Shown here: piece after piece, positions 45,629 to 54,677 of the stretch
Layout of the letters: every line of letters starts with the position of its first letter
Numbering within the stretch: the first letter of the stretch is position 1
Assembly: GCA_046330075.1 (NCBI GenBank)
Contig: JAXLTL010000001.1
Location: forward strand, 652,481-716,480
Source: Bacteroidia bacterium
Lineage (GTDB): Bacteria; Bacteroidota; Bacteroidia; AKYH767-A; OLB10
DNA length: 64,000 nt
Direction of reading: 5' to 3'
Notes under the pieces: generated by a model
Told to the model about the DNA's origin: nothing
Database searches by the model: none
What the model saw: only the letters and a program-made list of their open reading frames with translations
Program-made: the position numbers and the translations under genes

Positions 45629-46765
45629 ATGAAAATTGTTTACATCAACCCTTCAATCGAACAACAGGACCTGTTTAAAAGTGCCTTCACCCGGCATGAG
45701 GTAGTCTGTTTCAATGATTTATTCAGCGGTTTCCAATGGATGCGACAGGACAATTTTCCTGACATCCTCATTTCAGAGATAGATCCGGTTATAGATCCGA
45801 GCAATGATACTATGAAAATCATTCGCTCAAAGCCGGCTTTCCGCAAAACAATTATCATCGGATATTCGCAGAAGCCCGACCGCAGTAAGCTCAATCAATA
45901 TCTGAATGATGGATATCTCGACATTGTTCCAACTGAAAAAGTAACTACAACCGTATTTCAGGTTATACAGCTGTTCAGCCAGAAACATGGTCAGAATTCA
46001 CTAAGCTCACTCTATAGCAGAAGAAGCCTTATCGCAAAACGGCTACTTGACATAGGAATATCATCCACTGCCTTATTACTGGCCTCTCCGGTACTGCTGG
46101 GTGCAGCCATAGCCATCCGGCTTGAATCAAAGGGCCCTATTTTCTACCGATCCAAACGAGTTGGATCCAACTATAAAATTTTCGATCTTCTAAAGTTCCG
46201 CACAATGATACCGGATGCAGACAAGAAGATAGACAAGTTAGGTCATTTAAATTTATACTCCGGTGGAGATGCTATAGAAGTACCAGAGGAATGTCCGGAC
46301 TGCAAACGACTGGGTAAATCCTGCTCGCCAATGATGTATGCTGACAACAAGCAAATCTGCGAGAATTTTTATTTTTTCCTCCAGGATATGGAAAAGCAAG
46401 GAATATTCTTCAAGGCAAAAGATGATCCCCGGATATCAAAGGTTGGTAAATTCTTACGCAACTCTTCTATCGATGAATTACCACAACTGATTAACATTCT
46501 CAAAGGAGATATGTCACTGGTTGGAAATCGTCCGCTTCCTCTGTACGAAGCCGAAATGCTGACTACCGATTCAAGGGCATTCAGATTTCTTGCTCCGGCC
46601 GGCCTGACCGGGCTATGGCAGGTCACGAAACGAGGCAAAAAAGATATGTCGGAAGAAGAAAGGATCGCACTGGACAATAATTATGCTTTAAACCACTCCC
46701 TGTTGCTGGACATAAAAATTATTCTCCGCACCTTCCCTGCCCTCTTCCAGAGTGAAAACGTGTAG
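45629..46765 (+). CDS. polyprenyl-phosphate glycosyl-1-phosphate transferase (bacterial sugar transferase, WbaP/PglC-like catalytic domain) fused to an N-terminal degenerate receiver-like domain
   Basis: C-terminal block: re-entrant helix ISSTALLLASPVLLGAAIAIRL, PIFYRSKRVG, KFRTM, DPRISKVGKFLRNSSIDELPQLINILKGDMSLVGNRP. The N-terminal ~120 aa align with the adjacent response regulator but have NP instead of the DD pair. Confidence 0.8.
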   Translation: MKIVYINPSIEQQDLFKSAFTRHEVVCFNDLFSGFQWMRQDNFPDILISEIDPVIDPSNDTMKIIRSKPAFRKTIIIGYSQKPDRSKLNQYLNDGYLDIVPTEKVTTTVFQVIQLFSQKHGQNSLSSLYSRRSLIAKRLLDIGISSTALLLASPVLLGAAIAIRLESKGPIFYRSKRVGSNYKIFDLLKFRTMIPDADKKIDKLGHLNLYSGGDAIEVPEECPDCKRLGKSCSPMMYADNKQICENFYFFLQDMEKQGIFFKAKDDPRISKVGKFLRNSSIDELPQLINILKGDMSLVGNRPLPLYEAEMLTTDSRAFRFLAPAGLTGLWQVTKRGKKDMSEEERIALDNNYALNHSLLLDIKIILRTFPALFQSENV

Positions 46766-47594
46766 TATGATGAATGGTGAAGAAAAGAAGAACAGACAAT
46801 ACTTACTCCTCCTGCTGATCAGCCTGATTGCAAAGATTTGCAATGCACAAACTCAGGATGAGGTAAGCGCATTTCCCTACGTTGATATAAACAGCAAACC
46901 GGCTTTTAACCTTTCAGACTCATCATTAACCAGAATTGACCTTAATAAAGAGCTAGTTGATCAATTTGTTCCTATCGACAGCCTGATCAAAGTTGCTATT
47001 GCCAATAGTCCTACCGTGCAGGCTCAGGATGCCTTGATTGAAGCCAGTAAAGACCAGATTAAGTTTGCACGACGTGAATGGCAAAACGGAGTATCCGGAT
47101 TTTTCAGTGAGTCACTCGGCAATCAAACGTTGTTCTATGATTCCAATCAGGACCTGAACACGGTACAGTCACAAAGCCTGCAAACCGGTTACCGGTTAGG
47201 GCTCAATATAAACGTTCCACTTTTCCTGCTCTTTGGACGTACCAGTCGAATCAACGTTTACCAGCATGAACGTGAAGTAAGGGAAAAAACAGGAGAAAAA
47301 ATCCAATTGGATGTATCCCGGCAGGTCATATCGGAGTATAACAGCATGTTATCGGCCCATAGAATCCTGCTCCTGGCAGCTAAAAGCCGCGGAACTTCCC
47401 GTATGCTTCAGGACATGGCTGACAAACAATTCGCACAGGGAGATCTCTCCATTGCGGATTATTCGTCAGTAGCTGCCATTACATCGAAAGCAGAACAGGA
47501 TTATGAAATCGCAAGAAGCAATTTCTACAATACTTACCTGTCGCTGGAGAAATTGCTGGGCGTACGACTTGATACATTGGTGAGGAAAAAGTGA
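46752..47594 (+). CDS. half-size TolC-like outer-membrane efflux protein (single OEP repeat, 280 aa)
   Basis: Signal LLLLLISLIAKICNAQ, then LIKVAIANSPTVQAQDALIEASKDQIKFARREW... and a single helix-barrel-helix repeat. Overlaps the upstream gene by 14 nt and the downstream gene by 4 nt. Confidence 0.6.
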   Translation: MKTCSMMNGEEKKNRQYLLLLLISLIAKICNAQTQDEVSAFPYVDINSKPAFNLSDSSLTRIDLNKELVDQFVPIDSLIKVAIANSPTVQAQDALIEASKDQIKFARREWQNGVSGFFSESLGNQTLFYDSNQDLNTVQSQSLQTGYRLGLNINVPLFLLFGRTSRINVYQHEREVREKTGEKIQLDVSRQVISEYNSMLSAHRILLLAAKSRGTSRMLQDMADKQFAQGDLSIADYSSVAAITSKAEQDYEIARSNFYNTYLSLEKLLGVRLDTLVRKK

Positions 47595-49777
47595 CCCTGC
47601 TGGAATTTATACGACTACTTGCACGACACTGGAAAGCGCTCGTGATATTTCCGTTAATGACGGCAGGTGTAGTTTTTTATCTCACCCGAAACACCAAGAA
47701 AGAATACGTTTCCAATACGCAGGTGTATACCGGTATCGCCAGCGGCTATGGTATCACCTCCGGCGAAAACGACCGGGTAGATTATTTTGCTGTCAACAAT
47801 GCCTTCGACAACCTGATGGCAACCATCAAATCCCGTGAAACGCTCGAGGAAGTTGGTATGCGACTGCTTGCAAAGCATTTGCTGATCGAAAAACCTTCCT
47901 ACAAAGACCTCTCTCCTGAAAATTTTGATCATATCCGGGAAGCACTGCCGGAAAAACTGCGCAAGAAACTCATTGTGAAAGGGTCAGAAGAACTGACCTT
48001 TTTCCGCATTGAAAGCTATAAGCGGGCATCTGAAAACAATGAAATCATTGAATTGCTTTCGGCGCCCTCCAGTATTTACAGTGTAGATGTTATCAGCTCC
48101 AACATGAATCCGCAAAGGAAACAGTCGAGCGATATGATCGAAATTTCATACAAATCCAACGACCCTGCAGTCTGTCAGCAAACACTTCAAACCATTGTCA
48201 ATGTCGTAATCACCCGTTACAAAGGAATTAAAGGAGCTGAAACCAGCAATGTTGTCAAGTACTTTGAAGAACAATTAAATCAGGCTGCAGGCAGGTTACG
48301 CAAATCAGAAGACCGGCTCCGGGATTACAGTTCAGAAAATAAAATCATCAACTTTTACGAGCAGGCAAAATTTGTAGCGAACTCCAAGGAGAATGTTATC
48401 AGCGACAAGCAAAAGCAGGAAGAATCACTTGAAGCATCGAAAGCTTCACTATCGAAAATTGAGCAGAAAATCGACATCAAGAAAAACATCCTTGAGATCA
48501 ACGAAAATCTGACGAAACTACGCGAACAATTATCTGAAGTTACCTATAAAATAGCCAACGCCGAATTATACAACGAAGATGCCGGACAGCTTGACACCTA
48601 CCGAAAGGAATCAGACAGAATAAAGAAACAGATAAAAGAAGAAGTCAACAAGCAGTACAAGTGGAACAACACCCCTGAAGGACTTCCACGTGCCAATCTT
48701 CTGTCGGAATGGCTGGGCAGTTTTCTTGCAGTAGAAGAAAACCAGGCCAAGCTGGATGTAATCAACAAACGACTTAACAGTTTTGACGAACTATACAAGG
48801 AGATGGCCCCGGTAGGATCCAACCTGAAGAGAATAGAACGGGAAGTCGACATCAATGAAAAAGAATACTTAAGCATTCTCCATGGCCTTAACATGGCACG
48901 TTTACGTCAGCAAAGTCTGCAGATGTCAAATAATTTGTCGATCACCGATTATCCATTTCTCCCCTTGAAACCACAGCCATCAAAACGGGGAATGATGATC
49001 ATTATGGCTTTTCTGGCTACCTTTGTTTTGAGTCTCTCAGTAGTAGTGGGAAAATCATTTATCGGCAAAACCGTTCAGACGCCTGCCAGAGCAGAGAAAT
49101 TCACCAATCTCACCTTCCTGACTGCTTTCCCCGATTTCGACAAAATTGATACCCGGTTTAATATTGCTATGCTCCGGCAAAGCATTCTTGCTCATTTTAA
49201 CTCCACATTCTTCGCCAACAACAAAGAATCGCTTTCAGGAGACTCACTGCCTCCTGTGATCAGCATCAGCAGTATCAAAAAGGATGAGGGAAAAAGTTTC
49301 ATTGGAAAGATGATCTCCGGAAAATTCAGTGAAAGATTTAAACGGGTGCTGTATCTGAATCCGGAAATAATGCAAGGATTTCCTCCATCTGTAACTGTTT
49401 TCAATTATAGTAAATCTGAAACAGCATTTTCCGGGAATACCGTATATGACTGGTTAGACGCTATCGGAATAGAAATCCGGGAATACGACCTGATTCTTTT
49501 AGAGCTCGATGAATTAGGAAGATTTACACTCAATGATAACCTGATCAAAGGTATCCGAAGCCATTTATTTGTTGTTTCCTCAGAACGGGTCTGGTCAGAA
49601 GCTGACTCCAGAGCTTTATCACTCTTTACGAAAATGACGTCAACGCCTCCGATGGTGATTTTAAACCATATCGAAATTGACCGTCTTGAGGCCATTATCG
49701 GTGAACTACCGAAGCAACGCACGTTTGTAAGAAAAGCGATAAAACGAATAGTAACATTCAACTTTAAGCGGTCGTAA
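47591..49777 (+). CDS. polysaccharide co-polymerase (Wzz/GumC/Wzc-like), two TM, with a C-terminal domain that resembles a degenerate BY-kinase
   Basis: N-terminal TM ALVIFPLMTAGVVFYL. Long periplasmic coiled-coil. Second TM MMIIMAFLATFVLSLSVVVG. The C-terminal ~250 aa carry KDEGKSF where the Walker A PGEGKST is expected, and there is no terminal Tyr cluster. GTG start. Confidence 0.7.
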   Translation: MTLLEFIRLLARHWKALVIFPLMTAGVVFYLTRNTKKEYVSNTQVYTGIASGYGITSGENDRVDYFAVNNAFDNLMATIKSRETLEEVGMRLLAKHLLIEKPSYKDLSPENFDHIREALPEKLRKKLIVKGSEELTFFRIESYKRASENNEIIELLSAPSSIYSVDVISSNMNPQRKQSSDMIEISYKSNDPAVCQQTLQTIVNVVITRYKGIKGAETSNVVKYFEEQLNQAAGRLRKSEDRLRDYSSENKIINFYEQAKFVANSKENVISDKQKQEESLEASKASLSKIEQKIDIKKNILEINENLTKLREQLSEVTYKIANAELYNEDAGQLDTYRKESDRIKKQIKEEVNKQYKWNNTPEGLPRANLLSEWLGSFLAVEENQAKLDVINKRLNSFDELYKEMAPVGSNLKRIEREVDINEKEYLSILHGLNMARLRQQSLQMSNNLSITDYPFLPLKPQPSKRGMMIIMAFLATFVLSLSVVVGKSFIGKTVQTPARAEKFTNLTFLTAFPDFDKIDTRFNIAMLRQSILAHFNSTFFANNKESLSGDSLPPVISISSIKKDEGKSFIGKMISGKFSERFKRVLYLNPEIMQGFPPSVTVFNYSKSETAFSGNTVYDWLDAIGIEIREYDLILLELDELGRFTLNDNLIKGIRSHLFVVSSERVWSEADSRALSLFTKMTSTPPMVILNHIEIDRLEAIIGELPKQRTFVRKAIKRIVTFNFKRS

Positions 49778-49785
49778 GAATCAAT

Positions 49786-51144
49786 GTGTTGAACTCCATA
49801 AAAAATCTGGCCCGCAACCGCCATACGTTGTCACTTGCCGGTAACGTAGTTAATGCGATACTGGGATTCGGAAGCATCGCATTGGTGGCCCGTCTTTTAA
49901 CCAAGGATGAAATGGGATCATGGATTATGTTCATGACCGCCTATATTTTTGCCGATTTACTACGCGCCGGAATTATCCACACTTCGCTCATCCGCTTTGC
50001 CGCATCCTCTGATGAACATCAGTTCAAAGTTGTATCAGGTTCCGGCTGGCTCATTTCTATTATCACCACACTTGTAATTTCGATCATCACCGTACTGATA
50101 GATGTAATTTTCGGACATTATATCACCAATCACGGTATTCAATTATTTCTTACCTGGTACTGGCTAGCTGCAATTACCACCCTGCCATTCAACTATGCTG
50201 CATGGCTTTTGCAAGCCAAATCATCATTTGAGAAGGTACTCTATATCCGATTACTGAACCAGCTGAGTTTTATCACCTGTATTCTGCTCGCTTTAATTAC
50301 TGACCATGCATCATCAGAAGTTGTTCTTACGGGCTTCATAATTTCCGGATTATTGCCCAGTGCAATTTCAGTATGGACCGGCTGGTCGATGGTGGGCACC
50401 GTGAAGTTTGCGACGCGGAATATGATGCGTGATTTATTCAATTTCGGAAAATTCAGCATGGGCACCCTGATGGGATCAAACCTGTTGAGAAGCTCTGACA
50501 CTTTGTTGATCGGGTTTCTGCTTGGGGCCAAAGAAGTTGCTAGTTATAGTATCCCGCTTAAACTTATTGAAGTTATAGAAATCCTGTTGCGCAGTTTTGC
50601 TGCCAGCGCCATGCCGGTAATGTCTAAATTCCGGTCGCCCGAACATAAGCAGGAACTCCGGCAGATGTATTACAAATACACCGGGCTGTTAACACTGATC
50701 TTACTTCCAATGATTGTCGGATGCATTTTATTTGCAGATTCTCTGGTTATCATTCTGGGTGGGGCTCAGTACGCTGAATCCGCAAATGTGCTCCGGATTC
50801 TGGCGGTTTATGCAGCTTTCCTTCCACTGGACCGGTTCAGCGGAATCACGCTTGACATTATCGGCAAGCCCTACCTTAACTTTCTTAAAGTAATTTTAAT
50901 GCTGCTGGTGAATGTAACCGGAGATGTGCTGGCTATCCATTATTTCGGTAACATTGGAAGCGTTGCTGTCGTATCAATACTCACGTTCCTGACCGGCGTG
51001 ATCTTCGGGAATTACTTCCTGAAAAAATATCTGCACCACCGGATTGTAGAAACCCTTCAAACTGGTTACTATTCGCTGTTGCACATTCTCCAACCGCTCA
51101 AGGAACGCATCAAAGCGTTAAAGGTTGGTAATCCCGCATCCTGA
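49786..51144 (+). CDS. Wzx-type oligosaccharide flippase (polysaccharide biosynthesis protein, MOP superfamily)
   Basis: About 12-14 TM; N-terminus LARNRHTLSLAGNVVNAILGFGSIALVARLLTKDEMG. Confidence 0.75.
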   Translation: MLNSIKNLARNRHTLSLAGNVVNAILGFGSIALVARLLTKDEMGSWIMFMTAYIFADLLRAGIIHTSLIRFAASSDEHQFKVVSGSGWLISIITTLVISIITVLIDVIFGHYITNHGIQLFLTWYWLAAITTLPFNYAAWLLQAKSSFEKVLYIRLLNQLSFITCILLALITDHASSEVVLTGFIISGLLPSAISVWTGWSMVGTVKFATRNMMRDLFNFGKFSMGTLMGSNLLRSSDTLLIGFLLGAKEVASYSIPLKLIEVIEILLRSFAASAMPVMSKFRSPEHKQELRQMYYKYTGLLTLILLPMIVGCILFADSLVIILGGAQYAESANVLRILAVYAAFLPLDRFSGITLDIIGKPYLNFLKVILMLLVNVTGDVLAIHYFGNIGSVAVVSILTFLTGVIFGNYFLKKYLHHRIVETLQTGYYSLLHILQPLKERIKALKVGNPAS

Positions 51145-52576
51145 TAATATCAATGTAAAAAACCTGCTGAAAGCAATCTTTATGGTGTTGCTTTCAGTTG
51201 TGCTCGGCATCACTTTTTATAAAGGTGGGGTTGCAGCGATGATTGGCCTTGCCTGTTTGCCTGTAGGTCTTGGATTCCTTGGTCTGATCGTTGCCCGTCC
51301 CAAAACCGGATTATGGACCATGTTTGCTTTTTCCTTTTTTGCAAACGGAATTACCAGATACATAGATGGCCCCTTTGGTTTGGGCGTAGACATCATCCTG
51401 CTCATCACGGCTCTTGGCATTTTGTTTCGCACCAAGGAAGACCTAAATGCTCCGTCCATCAAGAACCCTTTGATGCTCGGCATTCTGATCTGGTTTGGAT
51501 ATTGTGTTATAGAAATTGCCAACCCGGAAGCCAGAAGTATTGAAGCCTGGTTCTATGACATACGGGGTGTCTCACTGTATTTCGTTGCTACTGTCCCGCT
51601 TGCTTTTACTCTTTTGTATACAGAACAGGACATGGATCAATTTATTAAAATATGGTTCGGTATTTCCATTTTCGCAGCCGTTTGGGGTCTCAAACAGCTG
51701 TACTTCGGTATGGATTATGCAGAAAACAGATGGCTTGAAATGGGTGCAAAAAGCACGCATATACTCTTTGGGAAACTTCGCGTTTTTTCCTTTTACTCTG
51801 ATGCCGGACAATTTGGTGCTGCTCAGGCTCATACCGGTGTTGTTGCCGGAGTTTTGGCAATGGGGCCTTACTCAAGAAAAAGAAAGATCTTCTATATTAT
51901 CACCTGTTTGCTTTCACTATACGGAATGGCAATTTCCGGAACGCGTGGTGCATTATTCGTTGTCATCACTGGTTTTGCGATTTACTTTCTCCTTTCCAAC
52001 AATATGAAGATTGTTATTCCGGGTGCTATCGTTGGTATTCTTGCCTTTGGCATGTTGAAATATACAATGATCGGTCAGCAAAACGATCAGATCAGACGTA
52101 TGCGAACCGCCCTGGATCCTAATGATGCTTCTCTTCAGGCACGATTAAACAATCAGGCGAAACTGAAGGTATATCTGGCATCCCGGCCACTGGGAGGAGG
52201 GCTAGGCTCTGCCGGGTCCTGGGGGCAAAGATTCAGCCCCGGGACCTTTCTGGCTACTACTCCACTCGATTCCTGGTATGTAAAAATATGGGCAACTACA
52301 GGAGCCATAGGACTCACCATTTACCTGAGTATGCTGATCTATTTTCTTGCCAACAGATTTATCTTTCTTTTCAAGCTGAAAGACCCCGACCTTAAATTTA
52401 AACTGGCAGCATTTTACGGAGGATTTTTCGGAGTTTGCTTCGCCAGTTACGGGAACCAGATTTTTGGACAATTCCCAACCGGACCATGTATTTACATTTC
52501 GTTGGTTTATATGTTTCTGGGGGAAACCTTTGTGCGCAACCGGGCGTTAAATAAGCCGGATGAATCCCCAGTCTGA
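51125..52576 (+). CDS. O-antigen ligase / Wzy-like polymerase family membrane protein
   Basis: Polytopic, with a large periplasmic loop near the C-terminus (RGALFVVITGFAIYFLLSNN...). The true start may be the internal Met at 51182. Confidence 0.65.
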   Translation: MVIPHPDNINVKNLLKAIFMVLLSVVLGITFYKGGVAAMIGLACLPVGLGFLGLIVARPKTGLWTMFAFSFFANGITRYIDGPFGLGVDIILLITALGILFRTKEDLNAPSIKNPLMLGILIWFGYCVIEIANPEARSIEAWFYDIRGVSLYFVATVPLAFTLLYTEQDMDQFIKIWFGISIFAAVWGLKQLYFGMDYAENRWLEMGAKSTHILFGKLRVFSFYSDAGQFGAAQAHTGVVAGVLAMGPYSRKRKIFYIITCLLSLYGMAISGTRGALFVVITGFAIYFLLSNNMKIVIPGAIVGILAFGMLKYTMIGQQNDQIRRMRTALDPNDASLQARLNNQAKLKVYLASRPLGGGLGSAGSWGQRFSPGTFLATTPLDSWYVKIWATTGAIGLTIYLSMLIYFLANRFIFLFKLKDPDLKFKLAAFYGGFFGVCFASYGNQIFGQFPTGPCIYISLVYMFLGETFVRNRALNKPDESPV

Positions 52577-53477
52577 ACAACCGCTAGTTTCCATCGTCAG
52601 CATCAATTATAATGGTGCACGGGTAACCTGTGAAATGCTTGAATCACTCAAGCAGATCACCTATCCTAATATTGAGGTCATCATTGTAGATAACGCGAGC
52701 GCTGAAGACCCATCTCTGATCACCAAAGAACATCCATGGATCACCTTTATCCGCAGCGAAAAAAACCTTGGCTTTGCAGGAGGAAACAACCTGGGATTTA
52801 ACGCCGCCAAAGGCAAATACTTTCTGATGCTCAACAACGACACAGAAGTGGAACCAGGTTTTATTGAACCATTGATTGCTCGTTTTGAAAATGACAGCTC
52901 CGTCGGGGCCGTATCACCTAAAATCATTTTCCATCATAGTCCTGGAATCATCCAGTTTGCCGGTTTCAATCCTATTAATCCATATACAGGAAGAGGTACA
53001 GCTATCGGCTTTGGTGAAAAGGATAATGGACAATACAACGAATCTCATGCAACCAGCAGAGCACACGGTGCAGCCATGATGGTTTCCCGAAAACTGGTTG
53101 AAGAAATCGGACTTATGGCTGATCTCTTCTTTCTGTATTACGAAGAGATGGATTACTGTGAACGTATAAAACGGGCCGGATATTCTATCTGGTATGAAGC
53201 CGCCTCAACCATCTATCACAAAGAATCGATCTCAACCGGTAAAGGAAGCACTTTAAAGACCTACTATCTGACACGAAACCGCCTTTTGTACCAACGCAGA
53301 AATGTGAAAGGTTTAAGGCTTTTTGTCAGCATCATTTTCTTTCTGATTGTATCTATACCAAAGAACACCCTTCAGTATCTCCTGAAAGGCAAAACTGACA
53401 TGCTCAAAGCCTTCTGGAAAGGAGTGCTCTGGAACATTACCGCTAAAGACATCCATCGCAATGAATCCTTAATCTGA
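52560..53477 (+). CDS. glycosyltransferase family 2
   Basis: VSIVSINYNGARVTCEMLESLKQITYPNIEVIIVDNAS, then FLMLNNDTEV (DxD). Confidence 0.85.
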   Translation: MNPQSEQPLVSIVSINYNGARVTCEMLESLKQITYPNIEVIIVDNASAEDPSLITKEHPWITFIRSEKNLGFAGGNNLGFNAAKGKYFLMLNNDTEVEPGFIEPLIARFENDSSVGAVSPKIIFHHSPGIIQFAGFNPINPYTGRGTAIGFGEKDNGQYNESHATSRAHGAAMMVSRKLVEEIGLMADLFFLYYEEMDYCERIKRAGYSIWYEAASTIYHKESISTGKGSTLKTYYLTRNRLLYQRRNVKGLRLFVSIIFFLIVSIPKNTLQYLLKGKTDMLKAFWKGVLWNITAKDIHRNESLI

Positions 53478-53483
53478 TACGTT

Positions 53484-54668
53484 ATGGCCGTACTCGACAT
53501 TCTGTTCATCGTAATCTTCCTGCTCTGTGTTCCTACAGTAGCATACTTCCTGTTCTTCTCTGTCGCCGGTCATTTCTACCGGTCCAGGGCGTATGGAAAC
53601 AAGGATACCTACAAAAAAATTGCAGTACTCATGCCGGCTTATAAGGAAGATGCCGTAATTCTTCTTACGGCCAAGCAAGCGCTCTTACAGCAATACCCTT
53701 CCCACCGATATGATGTATATGTCATTGCCGACTCACTTCAGGATGCCACGATAACTGATCTGAAGAAGCTTCCTTTGCAGGTAATTCAGGTATCTTTTGA
53801 TGTAAGTACGAAAGCAAAAGCACTTAACGAAGCATTCCGTCAGATCAACAGGCCCTATGATCTGGCTGTCATCCTCGATGCTGACAATGTAATGATGCCG
53901 GATTTCCTCGATAAAGTAAACAAAGCCGCTGTTTCCGGATGCTATGCTATACAAGGACATCGTGCAGCGAAAAACAAGAATACCGGATATGCTATTCTTG
54001 ACGCCATCAGTGAAGAGGTAAATAATCATATAATGCGTAAGGGACAGGTTGCAGTAGGCCTGTCGAGTGCCGTTATCGGCTCCGGAATGGCTTTTTCCTA
54101 TCTGTACCTGAAGCAGGTGATGTCAGAAATTGAAGCTGTTGGCGGATTTGACAAGGAACTGGAAATGACACTGATTGATGACAATCACAAAATCACATAT
54201 CTCGACGACGCAATTGTACTAGACGAAAAAGTTCAACAATCCGAAGTTTTTGCGAATCAACGCACACGTTGGGTAGCCGCACAAATGATTTATCTCCGTA
54301 AATACTGGTTCAAAGGACTGATGAATTTACTTATTGGCCGCGTGGATTATGCCAATAAAGTGATGCATTATGCTTTAGTGCCCAAGGTCATTTTACTAGG
54401 CACTATCGGTTTTATGGCGCTATTGAATCTCCTTCTTCCGGATGCTGGTCCGGGGTTCATTTCATGGGTACTCCTGGGACTTGCTTACGTCGGATCATAT
54501 GCAATTGCAATTCCGCGTGCTTACTGGAACAAAGACTTGTTTTATGCCATCATGAGTCTGCCACGTACTGTACTGATCATGTTCGGTGCCATGTTCAAAA
54601 TCAAAGGCGCCAACAAACGATTTATCCATACCCCACATACAGCACAATTCGAAAAAACCACCATTTAA
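53484..54668 (+). CDS. membrane-embedded synthase-like glycosyltransferase family 2 (DxD plus QxxRW)
   Basis: N-terminal TM, AVLMPAYKED, ILDADNVMMPDF, QRTRW, and C-terminal TM helices. Confidence 0.75.
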   Translation: MAVLDILFIVIFLLCVPTVAYFLFFSVAGHFYRSRAYGNKDTYKKIAVLMPAYKEDAVILLTAKQALLQQYPSHRYDVYVIADSLQDATITDLKKLPLQVIQVSFDVSTKAKALNEAFRQINRPYDLAVILDADNVMMPDFLDKVNKAAVSGCYAIQGHRAAKNKNTGYAILDAISEEVNNHIMRKGQVAVGLSSAVIGSGMAFSYLYLKQVMSEIEAVGGFDKELEMTLIDDNHKITYLDDAIVLDEKVQQSEVFANQRTRWVAAQMIYLRKYWFKGLMNLLIGRVDYANKVMHYALVPKVILLGTIGFMALLNLLLPDAGPGFISWVLLGLAYVGSYAIAIPRAYWNKDLFYAIMSLPRTVLIMFGAMFKIKGANKRFIHTPHTAQFEKTTI

Positions 54669-54677
54669 CGCAGCCCC

